Origin: a virus
Taxonomy: Duplodnaviria > Caudoviricetes
Strand: one strand, 5' to 3'
IMG/VR virus record: IMGVR_UViG_3300044580_000469
Coordinates: 1-31,478 of that record
DNA: 31,478 bases
The notes under the pieces: model-generated
What the model was told of the DNA's origin: nothing
Databases searched by the model: none
The model's input: only the letters and a program-made list of their open reading frames with translations
Program-made: the position numbers and the translations under genes
Shown here: piece by piece, positions 7,143 through 16,196 of the stretch
Position numbering within the stretch: position 1 is the first letter of the stretch
How the letters are laid out: each line of letters starts with the position of its first letter

Positions 7143-9337
7143 GGAATCCGTTTCAGATTTTCGCCGCAATGAAAAAGCCTAATCTGCAGGAGGTCGGCGT
7201 CATCGGCTCAAGAATAAAATACAAGTGGGCCGAGAATCCGGATGAGCTGATCGCCAAGAAGGGCATCAAGTATCTCGGGGAAATAGCGCGTGACACCCAT
7301 ATCTCCTCCTGCCTGCGTACCCGTCGGCAGAAACTACTCAAAACCCCTTGGCAAATTCGACCCGCCGATAACAGCGAAGAGGCTATTTTCTGGGCTGAGT
7401 TCGTCCAGTGGAATCTGGAAAATATGGAGGGCGAATTTCTGCAAGACCTGGAGGGCCTGCACCGTGCCGTCGGATACGGTTTTTCGGTGAGCGAAATCAA
7501 CTGGCGCATCATCGAAGAAGCCAAATACGCCGGCATGATCGGCATTCGCTCGATATGTTTCAAGCCCGAGGAGCTGGTCAGATTCCAGACCAACGAGTTC
7601 GGGCACGTCGAAAAGATAATCTTGACCAGCAACTACGGCCTCGATGGCGTCGAACTTCCACTGGAAAAAAGCATTCATGTTGTCTATGGTGATAATGACG
7701 AAAATCCCTATGGCGACCCGACCCTCTCGCGGGTCGCATTTTGGGCTTGGCTGAAGAAAAACGAGGCTCAATTTTGGGCCATTTTTTCCGAAAAATTTGG
7801 GATGCCCACCGCCAAAGCCAAGATTCCCAACAATGCCACCGCCAAAGAACGCGAGGCAATTCAGAGTCTGCTCCAAACGCTTCAATCGGAATCGGGCGTA
7901 ATGCTACCGGAAGGTTTCGACCTCTCTTTTCTGGAGGCTACCCGCTCGGGTGATGTCGGCTATGACAATTTCATCGAGCGCTGCAACAAGGAAATCAGCA
8001 AGGAAATCCTCGGGCAGACGCTCACCAGCGAAGAAGGCAAGCGCGGGCAGGGCTCCTATGCGCTGGGCACCATTCACGCCGCCACGCTCGATGACTATGT
8101 GGCTTTCGATGCCGCCATGATCCAGAGCGCAATCAACAAGCAGCTCATCCGGCGCCTGATCAGATTCCACAGCAACACCGACCTGATTCCGCAATTCGAA
8201 TTCGTTTCCGAAATCGACCCGCTGATCCTGGCGCAGAACTTCCCCGCCATTGCCGAAGCCATCCCCATCCCGCAAGCCTGGCTCTACAAGAAATTCGCCA
8301 TACCATTCCCCAAGCAGGGGGAGCCGGTGGCGGAGGTAAAATCTAAGACCGCCAATCCGGCCAAGGGCATCGACAATAATGCCCTGTCGGTATTCGCCGA
8401 ATCGGTCGAGAATCTTCTGGAAAAACGCGAGTCCGAGCTGCAGAAACTGGACACCATGGCGCTCAATGTCATCGCCGAGCAGATGGATGCCATTTTCGAG
8501 TCGGTGACCAATCAATTCAAAAAGAAAATCACCGAAGGCGAAGCGATCGAAGTACCGCCGAAATATTCGGTCAACGTCGGCGAAGTCAAGCAGTCCCTGA
8601 TCAATGCGGCGACGATGTATTACTTGGTGGGGAAGTATTATGCCCGCCAGAAGCTGATGGGCAAAATTGATCTGCCGGAGCCAAAGCCGATCAAGAAATT
8701 CGCCGAGCTGGACGACCTGCAATTTCAATCGCCGGAAGAGGCGATCAAATATTTCTCTGGACTGGTCAATATCACCAAAGCGGAAATGAAGGCGCTCTTG
8801 GAACTGTATGAAGAGCGCTATTTCACGGTGGCCGGCCTGATCAAGGGCGACATCGAAAAAATCTATAACAATATCGTCGTCGGTCTCGAAAAGGGCTGGA
8901 ACTGGAAGAGCTTCGAGAGTGCCGTCAATGCCCAGAAAATCAAATATACCGGAACGGTATTCGGTCAGGATATGACCGATCAGCCGCTGGGTGCGAACCA
9001 CCTCAAGACTATTTTCCAGAACAATATGATGCGCGCCTATCAGGAGGGTGCTCAGGCGCTCTATGACGATCCGGAAGTTGCCGACGCTATCTGGGGCTAT
9101 GAGTATCGCGCCGTGGGTGATGATCGCACGCGCCCCAGCCATGCCGCCCTGAATGGTGTGGTGCGTGAAAAGAGCGACCCGTTCTGGCTGAAATATACCC
9201 CGCCGTGGGACCACAACTGCCGCTGTGATCGCATCCCGATCCTGCGCAGTCAGATAATTGGCGGTGAGTATGAGCGCACCGCCCAACTACCCAAAATCAA
9301 CCCTGAAGAAGGATTCGAAACAAGGAGGATTTTCTAA
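7139..9337 (+). CDS. Mu gp29-like (DUF935) portal fused to a MuF (gp30-like) minor head domain
   Basis: GYGFSVSEI, ENPYG, FSEKFGMP, ISKEILGQTLT, GSYALGTIH portal motifs; C-terminal FTVAG, GDDRTRPSH, PPWDHNCRC MuF motifs. Confidence 0.9.
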   Translation: MRNPFQIFAAMKKPNLQEVGVIGSRIKYKWAENPDELIAKKGIKYLGEIARDTHISSCLRTRRQKLLKTPWQIRPADNSEEAIFWAEFVQWNLENMEGEFLQDLEGLHRAVGYGFSVSEINWRIIEEAKYAGMIGIRSICFKPEELVRFQTNEFGHVEKIILTSNYGLDGVELPLEKSIHVVYGDNDENPYGDPTLSRVAFWAWLKKNEAQFWAIFSEKFGMPTAKAKIPNNATAKEREAIQSLLQTLQSESGVMLPEGFDLSFLEATRSGDVGYDNFIERCNKEISKEILGQTLTSEEGKRGQGSYALGTIHAATLDDYVAFDAAMIQSAINKQLIRRLIRFHSNTDLIPQFEFVSEIDPLILAQNFPAIAEAIPIPQAWLYKKFAIPFPKQGEPVAEVKSKTANPAKGIDNNALSVFAESVENLLEKRESELQKLDTMALNVIAEQMDAIFESVTNQFKKKITEGEAIEVPPKYSVNVGEVKQSLINAATMYYLVGKYYARQKLMGKIDLPEPKPIKKFAELDDLQFQSPEEAIKYFSGLVNITKAEMKALLELYEERYFTVAGLIKGDIEKIYNNIVVGLEKGWNWKSFESAVNAQKIKYTGTVFGQDMTDQPLGANHLKTIFQNNMMRAYQEGAQALYDDPEVADAIWGYEYRAVGDDRTRPSHAALNGVVREKSDPFWLKYTPPWDHNCRCDRIPILRSQIIGGEYERTAQLPKINPEEGFETRRIF

Positions 9338-9900
9338 TGGCAAGACAAGGTATATATGATCTGCCCGAAAAAGCTGCGTTGAATCTCTTGGCCATTCAGG
9401 CGACGCGACTGGTAGAGGTATCCGAAACCCTGGGATCCATGTCGACCGGCAATACCTATACCGGCACGTTCCTGGTGAAGCGCATTCTGAATTCCACCAA
9501 GCGCTGGATTGGCGAATATGGCGACTCCAGTCTGACGCCGGATGGTTCGATTTTCAAGACCGAAAAGGAAACCGAGGGCGCTGTGACGGCCAATGGCGAT
9601 TATTATATCGACTACCATACGGGCTACTACAAGGTCAAGGCCGGCGGCAACGGCACACCGACGATAACCTATTTCGTCGAGGTGCCCTATATGGTCGGCG
9701 CCAATGCCGCGCCCTATCTCGCCCTGCTTTCCGGCGATGTCACCAAAACGGTCACACATAATCTGGGCTATATTCCACAGGTCTGGGTACTTGATACCGA
9801 CGGTAATGTCATATCCTGTAACATCAATCATGCCAGTGACATGAATTCTTTCACCCTGACCTTTGCCGAGGCTCAATCAGGAAAAATTTATTACAGATAA
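9337..9900 (+). CDS. Putative virion structural/decoration protein
   Basis: Beta-rich; C-terminal HNLGYIPQVWVLDTDGN...SGKIYYR domain is paralogous to the end of 16196..16885. Confidence 0.6.
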   Translation: MARQGIYDLPEKAALNLLAIQATRLVEVSETLGSMSTGNTYTGTFLVKRILNSTKRWIGEYGDSSLTPDGSIFKTEKETEGAVTANGDYYIDYHTGYYKVKAGGNGTPTITYFVEVPYMVGANAAPYLALLSGDVTKTVTHNLGYIPQVWVLDTDGNVISCNINHASDMNSFTLTFAEAQSGKIYYR

Positions 9901-11495
9901 TGGAGGATAAGATGAAAAAAATATTTTCGATTATGTTGGTTTTCGCCCTGCTATGGGGCAGCGCGGGCGCCTATGACATCAATGCCCCGAAGACCAATGT
10001 CAAAGGGCATCTGCGGATTTGGAACGGCAAAAATTTTTCCGTACTCGATTCCGACGAAACCGATTCCCTGACCGTATATCTGAGCAATGATACCGTCCAT
10101 ATTAGGGCGTCCGTGCCGGTCGAGCTAGGCACTGCGAAATGGATCATGAATCTGCTGACGGTGGACAGCGTTTCGGTCGGCTCGATCATCCTGCCGGTTT
10201 CCAATGATGGTGCGAGTATTGGCATCGCCACCCAGCAATTCAAGAATATCTTCGCGCGGCATATTGACGGCGATTCGGTATTCATCGGAGTGCTCGGGAA
10301 AAACATCGACGCAGACCAGAGAATGATCACCGATCTCGGCACGCTGGCGACCGACTCGGTGATCAGCAATACCGGCAATCTGAAACTATCAGGCGCGAGA
10401 ACGGGTTACGTAGAAGTAACCGATTCGCTGAGTGTTGCGGGATTAATTTCCACAGAAAAATTAATTGTAGGTAATAATAGTTATGTGGAGGGTTCGAAAT
10501 CTGCGGTATTGGCGGGCAGAAATAATCTTGCCGTCGGAGACAATAGTTTTGTAGCCGGCGAAGGATGCACCGCCGGAGCGAAATTATTCGATTTTATGGG
10601 CGGTGAATATAGTTATTCCGTAGTTGATGATAATACAGTAAATATTGTAGGCACAGATGTTACGGCTTATTTTGAAGCAGGCAAGCCGTTTTATGTATTT
10701 AACGATGAAATAGTGCCGATGTCTGAAATTTTTAATTTAGTTAGTGTAACTTATACTAACGGTAATACAAGATTAGTTAAAAGTGGTGGGCGTGGATTTG
10801 ATGGTGATTATTTAGGAACTATACATTTAATTGTTGGAAATGTAAGCCAAGGTAATTGTGGAAGTGCTGAAGGTGGATTTTGTCATTCTGTGGGATCATT
10901 TTCACACGCCGAAGGTTTTAATACAGTAGCTTCAGGCAATGGGTCACACGCCGAAGGTTTAAATACAATAGCTTCGGGCTACCAGTCACACGCCGAAGGT
11001 TTTACTACAATAGCTTCAGGCAATAAGTCACACGCCGAAGGTTATAATTCTAAAGCCCTTAGAGATTATCAACATTCACGAGCATCGGGGCATTTTTCTG
11101 AAATTGGTGATGCTCAGATGGGCTCGTTAGTTATGAGACGCCAAACTACCAGTGACACGCCAACACAATTGTTTATTGATGGAAGCTCGCAAAAGTTTAC
11201 GTTAGAGGATGCCAAATGCTATACGATGCGGATTATGGTGGTGGCCAAGAATGTGACCGATTCGTATTCAGCCAGCTGGATTATCGAGGGGCGGATTGAT
11301 AATATTGGCGCTACGCCTGTCTGGGAAGAGATACGGAATGTTTTTTCTGAGACTACTGGCTCGACCTTTGAGGCCACCAATGTAGCGGTGAGCGTGGTGA
11401 CCGGTTCGCCAGACGAACTGAAAATTGGTGTAACTGGAAAAGCGAGCCGGACTATTCGGTGGGTTGGTTATCTTGATTGGGTTGAAGTAAAATAA
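9900..11495 (+). CDS. Fibre/adhesin-like protein with signal peptide and YadA-head-like SHAEG repeats
   Basis: MKKIFSIMLVFALLWGSAGA-YD Sec-type leader (ATG 9912 possible); 14-aa SHAEG repeats. Confidence 0.7.
   Translation: MEDKMKKIFSIMLVFALLWGSAGAYDINAPKTNVKGHLRIWNGKNFSVLDSDETDSLTVYLSNDTVHIRASVPVELGTAKWIMNLLTVDSVSVGSIILPVSNDGASIGIATQQFKNIFARHIDGDSVFIGVLGKNIDADQRMITDLGTLATDSVISNTGNLKLSGARTGYVEVTDSLSVAGLISTEKLIVGNNSYVEGSKSAVLAGRNNLAVGDNSFVAGEGCTAGAKLFDFMGGEYSYSVVDDNTVNIVGTDVTAYFEAGKPFYVFNDEIVPMSEIFNLVSVTYTNGNTRLVKSGGRGFDGDYLGTIHLIVGNVSQGNCGSAEGGFCHSVGSFSHAEGFNTVASGNGSHAEGLNTIASGYQSHAEGFTTIASGNKSHAEGYNSKALRDYQHSRASGHFSEIGDAQMGSLVMRRQTTSDTPTQLFIDGSSQKFTLEDAKCYTMRIMVVAKNVTDSYSASWIIEGRIDNIGATPVWEEIRNVFSETTGSTFEATNVAVSVVTGSPDELKIGVTGKASRTIRWVGYLDWVEVK
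10902..11042 (+). repeat. 42-bp coding tandem repeat
   Basis: TCACACGCCGAAGGT at 10902, 10944, 10986 and 11028. Confidence 0.95.
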
Positions 11496-11504
11496 AGGAT
11501 TGCC

Positions 11505-11828
11505 ATGCTTAGAATTAACAAAGATTTAGATAAGCCACAATTCACTGAAGCCAACGCTTTCCATTTCCTGGCTTCATTCGCCCTGGCGTTATTTTTCGGC
11601 TTCTGGGTTGCCTGGGGCGTTGGGACGCTCTGGGAAATCGGCGATGGGTTCAAGCCTTGGTACTGGCAGGCGCCGCCGCATATTCGAAACGCAAGACCGA
11701 AGCAATTCTGGAATTGGCTGAAGAAGGAGTTCTGTTATTCTGACAAGTTTAGCCTGCAGGACTGGCTGATTTGGGACCTGATGGGCGCTTTCTCTGGGGC
11801 AATTTTTAGAATGATGCTCAGTGTATAG
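11505..11828 (+). CDS. Membrane protein
   Basis: Hydrophobic helices with H...WEIGD...D pattern. Confidence 0.75.
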   Translation: MLRINKDLDKPQFTEANAFHFLASFALALFFGFWVAWGVGTLWEIGDGFKPWYWQAPPHIRNARPKQFWNWLKKEFCYSDKFSLQDWLIWDLMGAFSGAIFRMMLSV

Positions 11829-11837
11829 AGGTGTCGC

Positions 11838-12041
11838 ATGCTGCCGTCGTTCAAAGACATAATGAAAAAGTTTCTGAGTGTGTGGCTGACGCTCAATCCG
11901 GAGCACAAGCTATGTTTCAAGGGGAATTGTCTTTTCTACCGCAATAAGATGTGGCACGTGATTTTCGACGGCAAGGAGTTGATTGTGGATGATTTTGAAG
12001 AGGCTTTTGTCCTCTTCCATGGAGGCGAATATGATGGCTAA
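11838..12041 (+). CDS. Hypothetical protein
   Basis: GAGGTG RBS; packed within the operon. Confidence 0.65.
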   Translation: MLPSFKDIMKKFLSVWLTLNPEHKLCFKGNCLFYRNKMWHVIFDGKELIVDDFEEAFVLFHGGEYDG

Positions 12042-12123
12042 TGGCAGTTGGGTCTGCCCTTATTGTGGTTACAGAAACCCGGCCTGGGCGGATTATTGCG
12101 TGAAATGTGGCAAGAAACCATAG
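12031..12123 (+). CDS. 30-aa RanBP2/NZF-type zinc-finger microprotein
   Basis: GGAGG RBS at 12021; MMANGSWVCPYCGYRNPAWADYCVKCGKKP fits W-x-C-x2-C-x3-N-x6-C-x2-C exactly; fills the gap between neighbours. Confidence 0.75.
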   Translation: MMANGSWVCPYCGYRNPAWADYCVKCGKKP

Positions 12124-12133
12124 CGGAGGCATC

Positions 12134-12367
12134 ATGGGTGAATTCATTCGGACATTCGGAGCATTGATAGCAGCGCTGGGTTCGGTAATGGGTATGGGCA
12201 TCGTCTATGGCACGATGAAAACCAAAATCGAAGCAGCCAAATCTGACATTCTGGAACTGGAGCGGAAAAAAGCCAATAAGGAGACCGTAGAACAGCAGTT
12301 TTGTGCCGTGAATGAGAAACTGGACATCCTGATTGACCTGATCAAAAATGGCAAACGCAAGAGATAG
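12134..12367 (+). CDS. TM plus coiled-coil protein (lysis cassette)
   Basis: GGAGG RBS, ATG at 12134; N-terminal TM helix then heptad-like region. Confidence 0.65.
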   Translation: MGEFIRTFGALIAALGSVMGMGIVYGTMKTKIEAAKSDILELERKKANKETVEQQFCAVNEKLDILIDLIKNGKRKR

Positions 12368-12377
12368 GGGATAGAGC

Positions 12378-12656
12378 ATGCTGGAGATACTATTGAGTTC
12401 GGTTGTGTTTTTCACCGCAGGCTGGGCAGCAAAGGGCTTCCTGACCAAGAAGCTGAAAAAAGAGATACTGTTGCTGGTGAAGGAAATAGAAAAAATCACT
12501 GCCGAGACCTCGCCCGGGGGGAAGAAAATCACGCAAGCCGAATTCAATACAATGCTGATGCGCCTGACCGATGTATTCACTACCCTGCTTCTGCTTCTGC
12601 AGGAAAACAAAAAGAAACCCAATATAAAAATTTTCAAGAAGGAGAAAACCAAATGA
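12378..12656 (+). CDS. Holin-like membrane protein
   Basis: N-terminal TM helix, basic C-terminus, near the putative endolysin. Confidence 0.5.
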   Translation: MLEILLSSVVFFTAGWAAKGFLTKKLKKEILLLVKEIEKITAETSPGGKKITQAEFNTMLMRLTDVFTTLLLLLQENKKKPNIKIFKKEKTK

Positions 12657-12886
12657 AGGAACTAATCGAATGGTTGCAAAATCCCGAGAATGTAGCGCTG
12701 TTGAGTGCCATGTTCGTGGCTTTCAGCGCGGCACTGCGGGCGCTGGGCGAGCTGTTTCTGGCTGCCGGTAAGCTGAAGAAAGACCCGCCGGAAGGATTCT
12801 TCGACAAGCTGGGCGCCAAGCTCTGCGCTTTTTCGGAAAAATTCGGCCGCTTCCTGACCTGGCTCGGCATAGGAAACAAGAAATGA
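12653..12886 (+). CDS. Holin-like membrane protein
   Basis: Hydrophobic helix; ATGA-coupled on both sides. Confidence 0.55.
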   Translation: MKELIEWLQNPENVALLSAMFVAFSAALRALGELFLAAGKLKKDPPEGFFDKLGAKLCAFSEKFGRFLTWLGIGNKK

Positions 12887-13332
12887 AGCGGCTGACTTTC
12901 AGGGAATACGGCAAATGGGAGTCGCCCGGACTCCATGCGGTGATCATATTCGAGGAGGACGACATATACCTCGATTTTTTCATCGGCTCGACCTGGGCGA
13001 ATCCATTCCGGCCATCGGACCCGGCCCTGAAAACCGACAAGGCCTATGCCTCGATTGCGCCGGGGCGCTATCCGATTCGATTCAGTCGGAAAGCGCACAA
13101 CGGCAAGCCGGGTTTCAACATCAACAACAATGGTGCAGTTCCCACCACAGCCCCGAATCCCAACCAGGGCGGACGCTGGGTCGCCTACAATGTCGACATT
13201 CATGCGGCCCATTCCGAAACCTGGGAAGGCTCAGCCGCCTGCCTGACCGTAGATATATTCTGTTGGGATAGGTTGATCTCATACTGGAAAGAGGGCGAAG
13301 AGGGGGAATTGGTGGTAGAAAGAATCAATTAA
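12883..13332 (+). CDS. Putative endolysin, L,D-transpeptidase (YkuD)-like His/Cys peptidase
   Basis: IAPGRY and IHAAHSETWEGSAACL (H...SxxC) motifs; follows holin-like genes. Confidence 0.55.
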   Translation: MKRLTFREYGKWESPGLHAVIIFEEDDIYLDFFIGSTWANPFRPSDPALKTDKAYASIAPGRYPIRFSRKAHNGKPGFNINNNGAVPTTAPNPNQGGRWVAYNVDIHAAHSETWEGSAACLTVDIFCWDRLISYWKEGEEGELVVERIN

Positions 13333-13348
13333 AATGAAAGGAGACGAT

Positions 13349-14557
13349 ATGAACATTGACGAATATGCTGAAATCAAGGGTTTGGAAATTTTCAAAATCG
13401 ACACGGCGGAGACGAAAGATTACACCGAGGCCGACCTGGAAAATATGGTGGCCAAGGCTAATCTTCATGAAGCGCCGGTGGTGATCGGGCACGACGAAAA
13501 TCAAGACCTGCTGCGCAACAGTGGCCTGCTTTCAGCCGGCTGGATCAAAAAAATATACCGGCAGGGCAAGTCACTATTCGCCGACCTGCGGGATGTGCCG
13601 AAAGTCGTTGCTGACCTGATTCGGAAAAGAGCCATTGCCAAGCGTTCGGTCGAAATCTATAACGATTTCGTCGATGACGCCGGCAATCATCACGGCAAGG
13701 TCATCAGGCGGTTGGCTTTTCTCGGTGGCGACATCCCACGGATCAAAAGCCTGAGCGATCACCTGGCGCTCTATGGCGAACAGGCACCGGCCGACGTCAC
13801 GGTCATCAATTTTTCCGAAATCAACGAGACCATTGAGGGCGAGCTCAAGCGCCGCGAATTCGACGAAAAATGCGACGCAATCTATTGGACATTCCGGGAC
13901 AAGCTCTGGCAGGCATTTTCTAATCAGGAGAGCAGTGACGAACAGAAAAAAGAAGCCATCAGCGCCCTGATTGATGAATTCAACAGCCTGCTCAAGGAAT
14001 CATTCAAGAAAACTATTGGAACATTCACCGAAACCAAAATAGAAACGGAGGTAAAAGTGGAAAAGGAAAAAGAAAAGATCGAAAAAGCCGCTGTGCAGAA
14101 ATTCACCGAGGAATTCGCCAAGAATTACGGCAAGACCCCGGAAGAGCTGGCGGCTGAATTGGAAACTATTCGTTTGAATGGTATCAAGCAGGAGGTCAGG
14201 ACCTTTTGTGAAAATCTGCTCAAGGAAGGCTTGGCCCCCAAAATCGTCAATGCTTTTTCCAACCTGTATCTGCGCGCAATCGGAGTGGAAAAATTCGCCG
14301 AGGGCGAATCCATGGCTCAGGGACTCAATCAGTTCATGACTGATTTGGCAGCCGCGGTGAAAAACAAATCCATCTATGTCGAATTCGCCGAGCGCGGCAA
14401 GGTCGATGACCCGCAGGTCATGGAAAATGTAGAAAAAAAGTTGAGGGGCTTCAGTGAGGGCGCGATCGACCTGGAACTGACGAAGAAAGTCATCGCCTAT
14501 CAGGTCAAGCATAAGTGCTCTTTCGAGGAAGCCTATGCCAAAGTAACCCAAAAGTAA
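13349..14557 (+). CDS. Mu I/Z-like prohead protease plus scaffold
   Basis: APVVIGH, AGWI, KRSVEI, LAFLG-P motifs; helical charged C-terminal half; AAGGAG RBS before ATG 13349 (track start 13334). Confidence 0.85.
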   Translation: MNIDEYAEIKGLEIFKIDTAETKDYTEADLENMVAKANLHEAPVVIGHDENQDLLRNSGLLSAGWIKKIYRQGKSLFADLRDVPKVVADLIRKRAIAKRSVEIYNDFVDDAGNHHGKVIRRLAFLGGDIPRIKSLSDHLALYGEQAPADVTVINFSEINETIEGELKRREFDEKCDAIYWTFRDKLWQAFSNQESSDEQKKEAISALIDEFNSLLKESFKKTIGTFTETKIETEVKVEKEKEKIEKAAVQKFTEEFAKNYGKTPEELAAELETIRLNGIKQEVRTFCENLLKEGLAPKIVNAFSNLYLRAIGVEKFAEGESMAQGLNQFMTDLAAAVKNKSIYVEFAERGKVDDPQVMENVEKKLRGFSEGAIDLELTKKVIAYQVKHKCSFEEAYAKVTQK

Positions 14558-14569
14558 AAGGAGAGAACT

Positions 14570-14968
14570 ATGTCAAACTTATGGTCCGGAGTAGTGAAAG
14601 GATTTTCTACTTCATTCGTTGCGACCGAGACAATCACCCAGTATCAGGCGGTGAAACTGTCCAGCACGGCTGGATATGTCGAGCCGACCGATGCACAGGG
14701 TGAAAAAGCGGTGGGCGTTGCCCTGCATGCCGCATCAGCGGGACAGGCGGTAGAAGTGCTCATCGTCGGAATCTGTCCGGTCATCGTTACCGCCTATTCG
14801 GGCGTAGCCATCGGCGATCTGTTGACCCCATCCGCCACAACCAATGATGGTAAGGTCGAAGAAGCTGCCAGTGGTGATTATGTTTTAGGTCGTGCGTTAG
14901 CTGCCCCCGCAGCTAATGGCGACCAGGTCATGGCACTCATTATGCCAGAATCAGTACCGTTAGCCTAA
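14570..14968 (+). CDS. Capsid cement/decoration protein (DUF2190-like)
   Basis: Position between protease and MCP; GVALHAASAGQAVEV...GRALAAPAANGD. Confidence 0.75.
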   Translation: MSNLWSGVVKGFSTSFVATETITQYQAVKLSSTAGYVEPTDAQGEKAVGVALHAASAGQAVEVLIVGICPVIVTAYSGVAIGDLLTPSATTNDGKVEEAASGDYVLGRALAAPAANGDQVMALIMPESVPLA

Positions 14969-14980
14969 GGAGGAAAAAAT

Positions 14981-15928
14981 ATGCCTACACCATCTGATTA
15001 TCATGTGAACGCATTACTCACCAACTTTGCCATTGAGAAGGGCGTTGGTGGTGCCTTTGCCGCAGATTTGATCTACCCTGTCATTCCCGTGAAGAAGGAA
15101 AGCGATACCTACTGGTCTTATCCCAGCCCCGAACTGCGCGATGATGTCGATGCGCTGCGCGCGGCGGGCGATATGGCCAAGGAAGTCGATTGGAAACCCA
15201 CCACGGCAACCTACTCGGCGAAGGAGTATGCCCTGCGGCGCGCTTTGCCTTGGCGTGCTCTGGACAATGCCGATGATCCTAATCGGGTCAAAATGGAAAC
15301 CGTGCGTAAGCTCGTTCACAAGATCCGTCTGGGTATCGAAAAGCGGATCAAATCGGTTGTCATGTCAACGACCTATATCACCAACAATACGTCTCCGAGC
15401 GTGAAATGGGACGCCTCTTCGGGTACGATCAACATCGAAGGCAATATCGACGCCGCCAAAGAGGCGGTCGTTGCCGCCTGCGGCCATGAGCCGAATGTAA
15501 TTGTCATTCCGCCAGCCGTGGCCCGGGTTGTGAAAAGGAATTCGACCCTGCGCGACCTGGTCCGCTATACGGACCCTAAACTACTGATCAATGGCGACTT
15601 GCCGCCGGTCCTGTTCAATCTTCGGGTGGTCATCCCCGGCGCGATTGAGCTCACCAGCAATCCGGCCCAGACCGATAGCATTGCGCGGATTTGGAGCACC
15701 GACAACGTGCTGGTTGCCTATGTGGACGATGCGCTCGATACCGAGTCGATCACCCTTGGCAAGCAATTCCGGGTCAAGAAACGGATGCAGGGTGATGATC
15801 TTCCGATCATGGTCCGCGAATACGAAAACACCGAACGTGAGGCGACTTTCATCGAGGTCTCGGTCATCCAAGATGAAAAGCTGGTCTCAGCCGCTTGTGG
15901 GTATTTGTTGACCGATGTGCTAACCTAA
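14981..15928 (+). CDS. Major capsid protein
   Basis: Position and size (315 aa); LLTNFAI, ADLIYPVIPVKKE, KWD, GHEPNVIVI motifs of capsid E-like proteins. Confidence 0.88.
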   Translation: MPTPSDYHVNALLTNFAIEKGVGGAFAADLIYPVIPVKKESDTYWSYPSPELRDDVDALRAAGDMAKEVDWKPTTATYSAKEYALRRALPWRALDNADDPNRVKMETVRKLVHKIRLGIEKRIKSVVMSTTYITNNTSPSVKWDASSGTINIEGNIDAAKEAVVAACGHEPNVIVIPPAVARVVKRNSTLRDLVRYTDPKLLINGDLPPVLFNLRVVIPGAIELTSNPAQTDSIARIWSTDNVLVAYVDDALDTESITLGKQFRVKKRMQGDDLPIMVREYENTEREATFIEVSVIQDEKLVSAACGYLLTDVLT

Positions 15929-15937
15929 AATTCACCT

Positions 15938-15970
15938 TCCCGGGGCGGGGCGTGAGCTCCGCTCCGGGAA
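15938..15970 (+). promoter_or_regulatory. GC-rich hairpin after the MCP gene
   Basis: TTCCCGGGGCGGGG...CTCCGCTCCGGGAA; no U-tract, so a pause or stability element is more likely than a terminator. Confidence 0.45.
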
Positions 15971-15986
15971 ATACTATGAGGACGGT

Positions 15987-16196
15987 ATGCATTATTTTCA
16001 ATACAACGTATGTCATGGCTCGAGGGTCTTCAAGCAGGGAGAGTGCCTTGAGGAAGTTATGGACAAGTTCCAAATGTCCGCAGAGGATTGGGTGGTGCTT
16101 CTGCCTTATACTATCGAGGTAGTCACCCATGAAATGAGCGATCCCCCCGTTGAAGCCGTCGCAAAAGATCGAAAACCGAAGAAGAAGAAAAAATAA
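15987..16196 (+). CDS. Small hypothetical protein
   Basis: GAGGA RBS; typical position after MCP; Lys-rich tail. Confidence 0.6.
   Translation: MHYFQYNVCHGSRVFKQGECLEEVMDKFQMSAEDWVVLLPYTIEVVTHEMSDPPVEAVAKDRKPKKKKK

Noticed and set aside
5490-9286. Long minus-strand ORFs (5490..6488, 7904..9286) and similar ones elsewhere
   Set aside because: Antisense shadows of well-supported genes, with no motifs of their own
10509-10520. 12-nt match TTGGCGGGCAGA to the second hairpin after cro
   Set aside because: Short enough to be chance, and lies mid-CDS with no regulatory context
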